A stretch of 64,000 bases of DNA from the NCBI GenBank assembly GCA_963695655.1, contig CAVOHG010000002.1:305117-369116 (forward strand), written 5' to 3'. The notes beneath the pieces are model-generated. The model saw only the letters and a list, made by a program, of their open reading frames with translations, had not been told where the DNA came from and did not search any database. Below are positions 40,592 to 51,518 of this stretch, in pieces. Position 1 is the first letter of the stretch. Each line of letters opens with the position of its first letter. The DNA comes from an uncultured Acidobacteriota bacterium (GTDB taxonomy: Bacteria > Acidobacteriota > Vicinamibacteria > Vicinamibacterales > 2-12-FULL-66-21). The translations under genes were made by a program, and so were the position numbers.

Positions 40592-41652
40592 ATGACCATG
40601 TCAAAGACAGTTCCGTCCGTCGCGCTCGCCGTGTTCGTCGCGGCGGCGATACCCGCGCCGGCGCAGACGCTGCTCCGGCCAGTCCGCGCGGAGTTCCGCG
40701 GCAGCGCGGCGGGCGCGCCCCTCGACGAGCAGAATCGCGATCAGAACCGCGAGACGCAGACCGATCGCCAGACGAAGACGTTCAAGCTGGGTTCCGATGG
40801 AGAGCTCTCGCTCGGGAACGTGGCCGGCGACATCCGGGTGACGACCGTCAGCGGCGATCAGGCGACTCTGGAAATTGTGAAGACCGCGCGCGGCCGCACC
40901 GCCGACGACGCACGGGAAATGCTCGGCCTCGTCAACGTCACCGTCACCGAACGCGGCAGTCGCGTCGAAGTGAAGACGGTGTATCCGAGGGGCGAAGATC
41001 GCAACGAGCGCCACCGCAACATCGACGTCTCGGTCGCTTACACCGTCAGCGCCCCCGCTGGAACGAGGGTGACGGCCGCATCCGTCTCCGGCAGCGTCAG
41101 CGTCGACGGCATCAAGGGTGATCTCAGTGCCAGCTCGGTCAGCGGCACGGTGCGGATCGCAAACGCCGGGCGGGTGTCGAGCGCCAAGTCCGTGTCAGGC
41201 AGCGTCGAGGTCCTGGATACGCAAATCGACGGCGGCATCGAAGTGCAGAGCGTCAGCGGTAATGTCGTCCTGCGCAAGGTGAATGCGCGGCAGATCGAGG
41301 CCAGCAGCGTCAGCGGCGAGGTCCAAATCCAGGACGTTCAGGCCGAGCGCATCGAGGGCCACTCGGTCAGCGGCAACGTCGAATACAGCGGCACATTGGC
41401 GAAGGGCGGCCGCTACGAACTCAACTCGCATTCCGGGGACGTGCGCCTGACGATTGGACCCGGTACGGGATTCGAGCTCGAGGCAAGCTCGTTCAGCGGG
41501 TCCATCAAGTCCGATTTGCCACTCAAGAGCGGGACCGCGATTCGGACTCCGGACCCGGACGCCGCCGCAGCGTGAACGGGGTGTTCGGCGACGGCAGCGC
41601 CGTCCTCGATGTCACCACCTTCTCCGGCAACATCGTCCTTTCCAAACGGTGA
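40592..41652 (+). CDS. DUF4097-like beta-strand-repeat protein, frame disrupted near 41532 (apparent 1-nt deletion)
   Basis: Signal peptide MTMSKTVPSVALAVFVAAAIPAPAQ. Repeated ...SVSGSVSV.../...SVSGNVVL.../...SGDVRL... The tail ...DRDSDSGPGRRRSVNGVFGDGSAVLDVTTFSGNIVLSKR is in the -1 frame. Confidence 0.75.
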
Positions 41653-41690
41653 CCGGTTCGTCGCCTCGCGAAAGCTGTCGTCCCCCGAAA

Positions 41691-41735
41691 CACGTCGCAC
41701 GTAGGACGTGGCACGTAGCACGTAGCACGTATGAC
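41691..41735. repeat. Heptamer array GCACGTN (about 6 units)
   Basis: Reads cacgtcgcacgtaggacgtggcacgtagcacgtagcacgtatgac. Confidence 0.85.
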
Positions 41736-41979
41736 AGCCAGCCCGACTGTCGCATTTCGCAACGCCGCTCCCACGCGAGCCGAACGCGTCGACTCCCCTG
41801 GCGCATGAAAACGGCAGCGTTTTACCGCAAATCGATGGCACCCTGATTGCTTTTCTCACTTGCACGACGCCAGTCTGCCCTGTTGCACCTATAATTGCCG
41901 GGGCAGGAGGACACTTCCTCCGGGTTCGGGACTTACCCGGGCGGATTCCAGATTCGACCCTGTCAGGAGAATTGTCGTT

Positions 41980-42466
41980 ATGAGAAACCAGTTTGTGGCG
42001 GTGGGAATTCTGGCGGGTTCGCTGATGGCGGCCCCGGCATTCGCGCAGCACACGGCACCGAACCAGCAGCCGCCGACGGCGACAGCGCCCGCCGCCCCGA
42101 CGGGCGATCTCGCGCTCGGGACCGTGCACCTGACCAAGGCGGTGACGGCAGACGGCAAGCCGCTGCCGGCCGGCACCTACCAGGTCCGGCTGACCGCCCA
42201 GGAAGCCAAGCCCGACGCGGTCGGCGCCAGCAAGAATGTGGAACGCTGGGTCGAGTTCGTGCAGGGCGGGACGGTCAAGGGACGCGAGGTCGTCAGCATC
42301 GTCCCCCAGGCAGAAGCGAAGGTCGTCGCCAAGGACACGCCGCCGCCGGCGGGGGGCGTCGAAAGTCCAGGTGCTCCGCGGCAACGAATACGTTCGCGTC
42401 TGGATCAACAAGGCGGGGAATTACTACCTGATTCACCTGCCGACGGGCGCCGCGGCGAAGGCCTGA
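41980..42466 (+). CDS. Hypothetical secreted protein, frame disrupted in a G6 run (42351-42356)
   Basis: RBS caggaga. Signal peptide MRNQFVAVGILAGSLMAAPAFAQ. The pieces join as ...DTPPPAGASKVQVLRGNEYVRVWINKAGNYYLIHLPTG. Confidence 0.55.
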
Positions 42467-42476
42467 GTCTCGAATC

Positions 42477-42502
42477 CCGGCCGGGGCGGGCAGCCCCGGC
42501 CG
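42477..42502. terminator. GC-rich hairpin between convergent genes (possible bidirectional terminator, no T-run)
   Basis: ccggccgggg / ccccggccg stem with a 7-nt loop. Confidence 0.35.
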
Positions 42503-42509
42503 CGCTGCT

Positions 42510-44162
42510 CTAGACCGCCATCACGTCGAACTGTTCGTGATGGAGGTGCGTGTCGGGCTTGATCGTGACCGTTTTGCCAAGCGTCTGCTGCATGTCTCGC
42601 AGCACCGCGTTTTCCTCTTCCTTCAGCGCCCTGGCGATGTCGGGGTTCACCCGCAGCACCACCCCCTGCCCTTCCAGATCGCTCCCCAGCTTCTTCATCT
42701 CGGTGAGGATCTCGTAGCAGATCGTCGACGCCGACTTGATCGACCCAGACCCTGAGCAGTACGGGCATGGATCGGTCAGCTGCCGCTCGATGCTCTGCTT
42801 GACGCGTTTACGCGTGACGATGACGAGGCCGAAGTCCGAGACCTGCAGCGCCTTCGACGGCGAGCGATCGCGGCGCAGTTCCTTCTCGACCTCCTGGAAG
42901 ACCTTCTGCCGGTTCTTCTTCTCTTCCATGTCGATCAGGTCGAGGACGATGATCCCGCCGAGGTCGCGCAATCGAAGCTGCCGGACGATCTCCTTGACCG
43001 CCTCCAGGTTCGTCTTGACGATGGTGTCTTCCAGCCGCCCGGTTCTCTTGCCGACGTAGCGCCCGGTGTTCACGTCAATCGCGACGAGCGCCTCGGTCTG
43101 GTTGATGACGAGGTAGCCGCCCGACTTCAACCACACTTTGCTGCGGAGCGCCTTGTCGATCTCCGCCTGGACCCCGTACTCCTCGAAGATCGGGAACTCC
43201 TTGGTATAGAGCTTCACCCGCGGCAACAGCGCCGGCATGATCCGTTCGATCAGGGCGACGACGCGCCGATGCTCCTGCTCGTTGTCGATGCGGATGGCGG
43301 TGAAGTCTTCGGTGAGGAGGTCGCGGAGCAGCTTCGTGACGAGGCTCTGTTCCTGGAACAGGACCGCTGGCGGGCGCCTCGTTTCCATCCGCTGGCGAAT
43401 CTCGGTCCAGACCTGGTGGAAATACGCCAGGTCGCTGACGATGTCTTCCTTCGAGCGTCCGCCGGCGGCGGTGCGGATGATCACGCCGCCCGTGAAGCCA
43501 TGCTCTTCGCGGAACTCACGAACGATGCCGCGCAGGCGCGCGCGTTCGTCGCGTGACTCGATCTTGCGGGAGACGCCGACGTGATCGACCGTCGGCATGA
43601 ACACGAGGAAGCGGCCCGGCATCGTCACGTGCGAGGTCAGCCGCGCGCCCTTGGTGCCCAGCGGTTCCTTGACCACCTGGACGAGCACCTCCTGCCCTTC
43701 TTTGAGGAGGTCCTCGATCTTGGCTTGAGGCTCGCGCTCGGCGCCGCGGGCGCCGCCGCGAGAAGCGGGGGCGGCAGCCGTCGAGGGAGCTGAGTCGGTG
43801 CTGCGGTCGTTTGCCGTGGCCGCGGCCTCGGGTTCCTGCCCTTCGCCGGCGAGAACCGGCTCGGGTACGGCTACCGCAACTGCCGGGAGGCTGTCCTCTT
43901 CGTCGCCGGATTCGAGCCGATCGAACTCCTCGACCGTGTTGACGACCTCGGTGACGTAGAGAAAGGCGTCGCGCTCGAGGCCGATATCAACGAACGAGGA
44001 CTGCATGCCGGGGAGCACCTTCGAGACCCGGCCCTTGTAGATGTTGCCGACGACGCCGCGCTGACGCTCGCGCTCGATGAAAATCTCGACAACCTGATCC
44101 TCCTCGAGAATGGCGACGCGGGTGTCGTGATCCCCCGAGCAGATGATCATCTCCTTGTTCAT
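42510..44162 (-). CDS. rng: Ribonuclease G/E family endoribonuclease
   Basis: Intact 550 aa. S1 domain ...GNIYKGRVSKVLPGMQSSFVDIGLERDAFLYV. Catalytic core ...LVAIDVNTGRYVG... C-terminal ...CPYCSGSG. Contains an acidic/Ala-rich insertion of about 80 aa after the S1 domain. Confidence 0.9.
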   Translation of the reverse strand: MNKEMIICSGDHDTRVAILEEDQVVEIFIERERQRGVVGNIYKGRVSKVLPGMQSSFVDIGLERDAFLYVTEVVNTVEEFDRLESGDEEDSLPAVAVAVPEPVLAGEGQEPEAAATANDRSTDSAPSTAAAPASRGGARGAEREPQAKIEDLLKEGQEVLVQVVKEPLGTKGARLTSHVTMPGRFLVFMPTVDHVGVSRKIESRDERARLRGIVREFREEHGFTGGVIIRTAAGGRSKEDIVSDLAYFHQVWTEIRQRMETRRPPAVLFQEQSLVTKLLRDLLTEDFTAIRIDNEQEHRRVVALIERIMPALLPRVKLYTKEFPIFEEYGVQAEIDKALRSKVWLKSGGYLVINQTEALVAIDVNTGRYVGKRTGRLEDTIVKTNLEAVKEIVRQLRLRDLGGIIVLDLIDMEEKKNRQKVFQEVEKELRRDRSPSKALQVSDFGLVIVTRKRVKQSIERQLTDPCPYCSGSGSIKSASTICYEILTEMKKLGSDLEGQGVVLRVNPDIARALKEEENAVLRDMQQTLGKTVTIKPDTHLHHEQFDVMAV

Positions 44163-44292
44163 GAATGGAACTCCAGAAGTGCTTGGGGTCCGGAGCGCGT
44201 CTCGCGCACGCGTGCAACAGCGCCGGGCGTGGCATCCGCCAGGCCAGCCAGCACGCGAAGAGCACGAAGAGCAGAAGCGCCATCATTCCCCG

Positions 44293-45402
44293 TTAGTTCG
44301 TAAACCGGCGCATCCTCACGTTGAGGACGAGGCCGAATGCTGCGAGCGATGCGATCATCGATGATCCGCCGTAGCTCATGAGGGGCAGCGTGAGCCCTTT
44401 CACGGGAGCCAGTCCGGCCGACATCGTGACGTTGTAGATGACCTGGAATGCGAAACCCGAGATGATGCCTCCCACCAGGTACGCGCCGATCCGGTCCTTC
44501 GCGAGACGGGCCGCTTCGAGCGATCTGATGATCACGAACAGGTAGAGCCCGAGCGCGACGAGCACGCCGATGAACCCGTGCTCCTCCGCGAGAACCGAGA
44601 AGATGAAGTCGTTGTCGGCGACCGGCAGGAACTTGTACGTGCCCTGGGTGCCGTTCATGAATCCCTTGCCCTTGAATCCACCGGATCCGACGGTGATGCG
44701 GGCCTGGATCTGCTGGTAGCCGCGCCCGCGCGCGTCCTGCTCGGGATCGAGGAAGGTGATGATCCGGCCCTTCTGGTAATCCTTGAGCACGAGCTTCCAC
44801 GCGACCGGCGCGAGGAGCACCGCCGCGATCGCGACCACGGCGATGAGCCGCACGCGAAGGCCGGCGAGGAAAGCGATGCCGAAACACACCGGGACGAGCG
44901 TGACCGCTGTCCCGAGGTCCGGCTGCTTGCCGATGAGAACGAACGGCACGAGGAAAAAGAGTCCGGCGACGATGAGGTCGCTGTAGTTGCGGGCGCCGCG
45001 GCGGTTCTCACCGAAGTACATGGCAAGAATGAGCGCGAGCACCATCCGGCCGAACTCGGACGGCTGGAGATTGAAGACACCGAGGGAAATCCACCGCGTC
45101 GAGCCGCCGGCGCGGACCCCACCGATGAGCACGTAGAGCAGGAGACCGACGAGCGCGGCGTAGAGGAAGAGTGAATGTTCGGCGAGGAACCGGTAGTCGA
45201 GAGCGAGGAACACGATCAGTGCGCCGACACCGAGACCGACGGCGTAGAGCTGGACCCAGAAGCGGTTCCCGGGGTGACCGCCACCCCCGGGCAGATGGAC
45301 GTAGGTGGTGCTGTAGATCATCGCCAGCCCCATGCCGGCGAGAAGGAGCACGGCGCCGAGGAGCAGCCAGTCGATGTGGAAGTAGAGGCGCCGTTCGAAC
45401 AT
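44293..45402 (-). CDS. rodA: Rod shape-determining protein RodA (SEDS family)
   Basis: Intact 369 aa. ...IDWLLLGAVLLLAGMGLAMIYS...QPSEFGRM...DNDFIFSVLAEEHGFIG...LPLMSYGGSSM. Confidence 0.9.
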   Translation of the reverse strand: MFERRLYFHIDWLLLGAVLLLAGMGLAMIYSTTYVHLPGGGGHPGNRFWVQLYAVGLGVGALIVFLALDYRFLAEHSLFLYAALVGLLLYVLIGGVRAGGSTRWISLGVFNLQPSEFGRMVLALILAMYFGENRRGARNYSDLIVAGLFFLVPFVLIGKQPDLGTAVTLVPVCFGIAFLAGLRVRLIAVVAIAAVLLAPVAWKLVLKDYQKGRIITFLDPEQDARGRGYQQIQARITVGSGGFKGKGFMNGTQGTYKFLPVADNDFIFSVLAEEHGFIGVLVALGLYLFVIIRSLEAARLAKDRIGAYLVGGIISGFAFQVIYNVTMSAGLAPVKGLTLPLMSYGGSSMIASLAAFGLVLNVRMRRFTN

Positions 45403-45405
45403 GAG

Positions 45406-47322
45406 CTAGTTGCCGCCGCCCACTGGCGCGCCGCTGCCGCTGCGGGCGTACGGATCCTTGTAATCGAGGCGAAGTTCTTCGTGCGTCGGTGGCGCCGGCA
45501 GCGGTTTGCCGTCGACCATCGCAAAGTGCGTCGCGAGAATATGATGCGCCAGGGCGGCCGCATTCGGGCCGTGGATGCCGTGCTCGAGGAACACGACACC
45601 GGCGATTTCCGGCTTGTCGCGCGGGGCGAAGAACACGAACCAGCCGTTGTCGCGGAGATCGCGGTTCCCCCTCGCGGCGACACGGCCCTTGTTCGAGATC
45701 ACCTGCGCCGTGCCGGTCTTGCCGCAGACGTCATGGCCCTCGACCCGGGCGCGGCCACCGGTGCCGCCGCCGTTGACCACTCCCCACATCCCGTCGCGGA
45801 TTGCCGCCAGCTTCTCCGGGGTGACATCAACGGTCGACTGGGGCGCCGGCGGCGGCACCGGCTTCATCCCGGTCCCGTCGTCCACCGCCTTGACGATGTG
45901 CGGCGTGATTCGGGTTCCGCCGTTGCCGAGCGTCGCCGCGTAGACCGCCATGGAGACCGGCGTGACCGCCACCTGCCCCTGCCCGATCGCCACTGAAATG
46001 GTCTCTCCCGCGTACCACTTCGATTCCTTCTGCGTCTTCTTCCACTCGGTCGAGGGAACGAGGCCGACGAGCTCGTTCGGCAGGTCGATGTTCGACTTCA
46101 CGCCGAGGCCGAAGAGCGTCGCCCACTTGTTGATCCGGTCGACCCCAAGCATGTTGCCGACGGTATAGAAGTACACGTCACACGACTGCTCGATCGCGTG
46201 CCGCAGATCGACGGTCCCGTGACCGCCCTTCTTCCAGCACCCGAACCGGTGGCCGTAGAACGTCGCGCCGCCCGAACAGTGCACCTGGAAGCTGGGCGTG
46301 ATGACGCCTTCTTCGAGACCGGCCAGCCCCACCGCCATCTTGAACGTGGAGCCGGGGGAATATCGCCCCTGGAGGGCACGGTTCTGCAGCGGGCGCAACT
46401 CGTCGGTGTTCAACGCGGCCCATGTCGCACGGTCGATGCCCGAGGCAAACGCGTTCGGGTCGTACGCCGGACGGCTCGTGAACGACAGCACCGCACCCGT
46501 TCGCGGATCGAGCACTACCGCGGCGCCGTTGAACCCTGACGCCGTGAACGCGTCGTCTGTCGCCTTCTGCAGGTCGGCGTCAATCGTGAGTTGCAGGCGT
46601 TGACCTTCAACCGGGTCCTGCTTGTCGAGCTCCTGGATTTCGCGGCCGAGGCTGTTCACCACGACCGCGCGGTTGCCTTCGGCCCCCATCAGGATTTTGT
46701 TGTAGGCCTGCTCGATGCCCGCCTGGCCGACCAGGTCGCCCGATTCGACTCCCTGGTACTCCGGTCGCTGAAGCTGGGCCTCGGTCACCTCGGTCACGTA
46801 CCCGAAGAGGTGCGCCGCCATTTCGTTCGACGGGTAGCGGCGTGATGGCCCCGGTCGCGCTTCGATCCCGGGCAGCTCCCACTTGCGCGCGCGGACGGCA
46901 ATGACCTGTTCGAGCGTCGCGTTCGAGATCAGGACGATTGGCCGGTAGCTCGGATCCTTCTTGCGACGGTTGACCGTGTCGCGCAGCTGCGCCTCGTCGG
47001 CGCCGGTCGCCAGCGCCAGCGTATGAATCGTCTGATCGAGGTTCTTCGTCTGCTCGCGCAGGAGCGCGATGTTGAAACTGTTCTGATTCTCGACCAGGAT
47101 CTTGCCATTCCGATCGAACAGCACGCCGCGGGGCGCAGGCAGCGGCAGCCGCCGGAGATGATTCTCTTCGGCCATCTCCGAAAATTTCTCGTGCTGAGCG
47201 ACCTGAAAAATCCAGAACGCCACCGCGAGCGTGGCGAACAGCCCGCCGATGACGTACTGGATCACCGTGAGCCTCAGCGTGAGGCTGCGCCGATCGTCCG
47301 GAAGAATGGCAGGGCTTGGCAT
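45406..47322 (-). CDS. mrdA: Penicillin-binding protein 2 (elongasome transpeptidase)
   Basis: Intact 638 aa. SxxK (GSTFKMAVG), SxN-type (EQSCDVYF) and KTGTA motifs. N-terminal TM anchor. Confidence 0.9.
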   Translation of the reverse strand: MPSPAILPDDRRSLTLRLTVIQYVIGGLFATLAVAFWIFQVAQHEKFSEMAEENHLRRLPLPAPRGVLFDRNGKILVENQNSFNIALLREQTKNLDQTIHTLALATGADEAQLRDTVNRRKKDPSYRPIVLISNATLEQVIAVRARKWELPGIEARPGPSRRYPSNEMAAHLFGYVTEVTEAQLQRPEYQGVESGDLVGQAGIEQAYNKILMGAEGNRAVVVNSLGREIQELDKQDPVEGQRLQLTIDADLQKATDDAFTASGFNGAAVVLDPRTGAVLSFTSRPAYDPNAFASGIDRATWAALNTDELRPLQNRALQGRYSPGSTFKMAVGLAGLEEGVITPSFQVHCSGGATFYGHRFGCWKKGGHGTVDLRHAIEQSCDVYFYTVGNMLGVDRINKWATLFGLGVKSNIDLPNELVGLVPSTEWKKTQKESKWYAGETISVAIGQGQVAVTPVSMAVYAATLGNGGTRITPHIVKAVDDGTGMKPVPPPAPQSTVDVTPEKLAAIRDGMWGVVNGGGTGGRARVEGHDVCGKTGTAQVISNKGRVAARGNRDLRDNGWFVFFAPRDKPEIAGVVFLEHGIHGPNAAALAHHILATHFAMVDGKPLPAPPTHEELRLDYKDPYARSGSGAPVGGGN

Positions 47323-47415
47323 ATATTCTCGCCGCTTACGCGGCGGGTTGTAAGAGTTCTGACGTTCTATGAGTTATACGCTTCGCGGATTTCTACCTGC
47401 ACGAAACCGGCAACG

Positions 47416-47570
47416 TGGAACCGGGCCTCGAACCATCGACACCTGCAACCTAGAACCGATACCTAGAACGTAGAACCCGTAGAGCGTAAAACGTGACCTA
47501 GAACTCGTAAAACCCTTAGCACCTAAAACCCGACCTAGAACTCCTATAACCCCTAGAACCTAAAACCCTT
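47416..47570. repeat. Degenerate TAGAACN/TAAAACN repeat tract inside the mre-mrd operon
   Basis: Reads ...aacctagaaccgatacctagaacgtagaacccgtagagcgtaaaacgtgacctagaactcgtaaaacccttagcacctaaaacccgacctagaactcctataacccctagaacctaaaaccc. Confidence 0.8.
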
Positions 47571-47596
47571 GGAGCTCCTGCAGGATCCATCGTAGA

Positions 47597-48115
47597 TCAG
47601 TAGCGCCTCCGCCCGAATACCGTCCCCTGCGACCGTCGCCGCTGGAGCAGGCCCGGCGCCCCTTCGATGACCTGGAACGCCAGCACGCCGACTGCCGCGT
47701 TCACCAGCGCCTGGATGAGCACGGCCGAGTACTGCACGGTGAACGCGCGTGATTCGATCAGCGCATACAGCGCCTGGAAGAGCAGCTCGTGTGCGAAGGT
47801 CGCGCCGACGAACATCACGAAGCGCGGGATCGGCTGCGACACGATGAACTGCGCGCCGAGCACGCCGACGAAAAACCCGACGATCGTCTTCGACAGCCCG
47901 CCAACGCCGACGATACCGTTGGCGAGCGCGTCCTGCACCAGCCCTCCGGCGGTGCCGGCAAGGAGTCCCGTCACCGCTCCGAACGCGAGCGCGACGTAGA
48001 CGACCGCGACGAGGACGAAGTTGACGCGGGTGCCGGTCGACATCCACATACCTGACAGCGTGGCCTGGAGGACGATCGCCACGCCGAGCGCGGCGAGTAC
48101 ACCAACAGTTCTCAC
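47597..48115 (-). CDS. mreD: Rod shape-determining protein MreD
   Basis: 172-aa polytopic membrane protein downstream of mreC. The GTG start overlaps the mreC stop (GTGA at 48112-48115). Confidence 0.8.
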   Translation of the reverse strand: MRTVGVLAALGVAIVLQATLSGMWMSTGTRVNFVLVAVVYVALAFGAVTGLLAGTAGGLVQDALANGIVGVGGLSKTIVGFFVGVLGAQFIVSQPIPRFVMFVGATFAHELLFQALYALIESRAFTVQYSAVLIQALVNAAVGVLAFQVIEGAPGLLQRRRSQGTVFGRRRY

Positions 48116-48981
48116 TTGACCGTCCCCGCTGGTGCGGGTGCGGGCTCCGCTTCTGCTGTCGCCGGACGGGCGGGAACCAGGACGACGAGCACTTCCTCGA
48201 TGTTCGAAAAATTCACGGCCGGCCGCACGGTAATCGTGCGATACAGCTGCGCGCCGCGCTCGGATTTTTCCACGACCCCGACCCTGAAGCCCTTCGGATA
48301 GATGCCGTCGACACCGGAGGCGACGACGATGTCGCCCTCTTTGACATCCGCAAGATTGGACACGAGCTCCATCGCGAGCGGCGGATCCTTCTCGACGCCC
48401 ACGACCATCCCGCCCGCACGGGCCCGCTCGGTCACGGCGCCGGCGGCGGCGTAGCGATCGATCAGGAGCTGCACCCGCGCCGCGTGCGCCGCCGGTCTGC
48501 CGACGATGCGTCCGACGATCCCGGCCGGCGCGATGACGGCCATGTCGGCCTCGACCCCGTCAGCCGTTCCACGTCCGATCGTCAGCGTCCGCAACCCGGG
48601 ATTCGGATTACCCGCGATCACGTCCGCCGCGATCGTCGGCAGCGGCGTGCTCGCCTTGAGGTCCATCAACTCCTGCAGCCGCGACGCTCTCAGCGCCAGC
48701 GTGCGCTGCTCCTGGAGCCGGATCTCCAGGTCGGCAACCTGCTTGTGCAGCAACTCGTTCTCTTCGCGCGCACCGCGGAGCGCAATGTAGTTGGCCCAGA
48801 ATCCGCGCCCGCCGTGTACTGCGCTGTACGTCCCCTGCTGCACGCGCGCGAACAACCCGAACGTCATCGCCTGGAGCACCGGTACGCCGGATTTCGACTG
48901 CACCTGCACCGAAATCAGGAAGATGTGCCCCATCGTGAGGACGAACAGGAGAACGCCCGTGCGGCGGCGGATATCTAACAA
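48112..48981 (-). CDS. mreC: Rod shape-determining protein MreC
   Basis: Intact 289 aa. N-terminal TM helix, coiled coil ...ENELLHKQVADLEIRLQEQ..., beta-rich C-terminal domain ...GDIVVASGVDGIYPKGFRVG. Confidence 0.9.
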   Translation of the reverse strand: MLDIRRRTGVLLFVLTMGHIFLISVQVQSKSGVPVLQAMTFGLFARVQQGTYSAVHGGRGFWANYIALRGAREENELLHKQVADLEIRLQEQRTLALRASRLQELMDLKASTPLPTIAADVIAGNPNPGLRTLTIGRGTADGVEADMAVIAPAGIVGRIVGRPAAHAARVQLLIDRYAAAGAVTERARAGGMVVGVEKDPPLAMELVSNLADVKEGDIVVASGVDGIYPKGFRVGVVEKSERGAQLYRTITVRPAVNFSNIEEVLVVLVPARPATAEAEPAPAPAGTVK

Positions 48982-48983
48982 GG

Positions 48984-49138
48984 CTCCAGTTTCCAGCTAA
49001 CCAGTAACCAGTTTCCAGTAACCAGAATCCAGTTCCCAGGCAGTCAGCTTGGTGGCGATCCGCGGGATCCGACGTGCCGTGGATCACGCCGGATCCGCTC
49101 GCGGAGAGCACTGGTTACTGGCGACTGGAGACTGGCGA

Positions 49139-49140
<2 letters not shown>
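48984..49140. repeat. Inverted heptamer blocks CCAGTNN (48984-49040) and CTGGNNA (49109-49140) flanking a GGATCC-containing palindromic centre
   Basis: Reads ctccagtttccagctaaccagtaaccagtttccagtaaccagaatccagttcccagg, then cactggttactggcgactggagactggcgact. It lies between mreB and mreC. Confidence 0.85.
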
Positions 49141-50164
<1,024 letters not shown>

Positions 50165-50252
50165 CGATAGCTCCTTCAGTAACTGAACGCCGGGTATGGC
50201 TGACGAATTGAGCCAGGAACCGGAAAACGAGGGATGGCAGACGTCAGCAGGA

Positions 50253-51296
50253 TCAGCTTCCCGATACGTGAAGCCCGTTCTTGCCGTGATCCTTCACCCA
50301 GTACATCGCCTCGTCCGCCGCCTGGACGAGGCCGTCGGCCGAGGCCGCAACGTCTGGCAGCGTGGCGACGCCGACCGACACGGTCAGCTTGATCGCCAGG
50401 CCGTCGCCTTCAAGGAACCGGAACGCCGCGATGCGTTCGCGGACGCGCTCCCCGACGGCGGCGGCGCCCTCACTGCCGGTGTCGGGAAGAATCAGCGCGA
50501 ACTCGTCGCCGCCGAAGCGCGCCACCATGTCCGTTTCGCGCGCGCTGGCGCGGATGACGCCGGCGGCTTCGACCAGCGCGCGGCTCCCGAACAGGTGCCC
50601 GTGCGTGTCGTTGATGCTCTTGAACCCGTCCAGATCGATGAACAGCAGCGACAGCGGCCGGCCGCCGCGCGATGCCCGCTTCGTCTCCCGCCGCAGCACC
50701 TGCGACAGGAACCGCGAGTTGTACAGCTGCGTCAGATCGTCGGTGACCGACAGCGCTTCGGCGCGCTGGATGCGAAGCGCGCTCTCGAGCGCGATCGCGC
50801 CCGGCTCAATCCCGGCAAGAAGCGCCGTCATCGTCGCGGCATTGAACTTCGGTGCCGTCTGTGCCGGCACCCGGTCGACCGCGACCAGCGCACCCATCGT
50901 CCGCCCCCGGCAGGTGAGCGGAAAACCCAGCGCCGCGACCTCGGCCTTGTCGGCAACGCGGCGATCCTGTCCCACGCACGCGGAGGTAAACACCTCGCCG
51001 GTGCGCATCACCCAGCTGCCGACGGCATGGGCGCAGGTGTCGAGCGGCGGCGTCAGCCCGTTCGCGGCCATCGGCCGCGTGTGCCCGCCGCCGTCCACCG
51101 CCAGGACGAGCCAGGCGGGCGCGGGAATCCACTCGGAGGCCTGCGACAGCAGCGCCTCCGCCACCTTCTCGGGCTCGAGGCTCGAGTTCACCGCGCGGAT
51201 CATGTCAGCTAGTACATCGGCTCGGGCGAGCCGGCGCTTAAGGGCCGCCTGAAGCGGCTTCAGCCTGCCCGCCAGGTCGCGGCGTACTGCGGACAC
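50253..51296 (-). CDS. GAF-GGDEF diguanylate cyclase
   Basis: Only the last 348 codons of ORF 50253-52952 are used (GTG at 51296). GAF-like ...LADMIRAVNSSLEPEKV... Then ...TDDLTQLYNSRF...LLFIDLDGFKSINDTHGH...VARFGGDEFALIL. Confidence 0.85.
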   Translation of the reverse strand: MSAVRRDLAGRLKPLQAALKRRLARADVLADMIRAVNSSLEPEKVAEALLSQASEWIPAPAWLVLAVDGGGHTRPMAANGLTPPLDTCAHAVGSWVMRTGEVFTSACVGQDRRVADKAEVAALGFPLTCRGRTMGALVAVDRVPAQTAPKFNAATMTALLAGIEPGAIALESALRIQRAEALSVTDDLTQLYNSRFLSQVLRRETKRASRGGRPLSLLFIDLDGFKSINDTHGHLFGSRALVEAAGVIRASARETDMVARFGGDEFALILPDTGSEGAAAVGERVRERIAAFRFLEGDGLAIKLTVSVGVATLPDVAASADGLVQAADEAMYWVKDHGKNGLHVSGS

Positions 51297-51518
51297 GGCT
51301 CTGCTCGATGGGCGACGGGCGCGAGTCTGCCGACCAGTCGCGGTCAATCGGCTCTGCGTCCTGTAAGAATGGGGGGGCCCTCTAAGTCCTTCTAGCGAAC
51401 GAGAATATAACACATTAGGTGGTCCGTACCGGCGGTCGGAATGCCTCCAGGAGCTGACGCCGCGGGGCCGGAAGCGTATAATTGGGGTTTCCCGTCCGTC
51501 CAAGAGGCCGATAAAACC

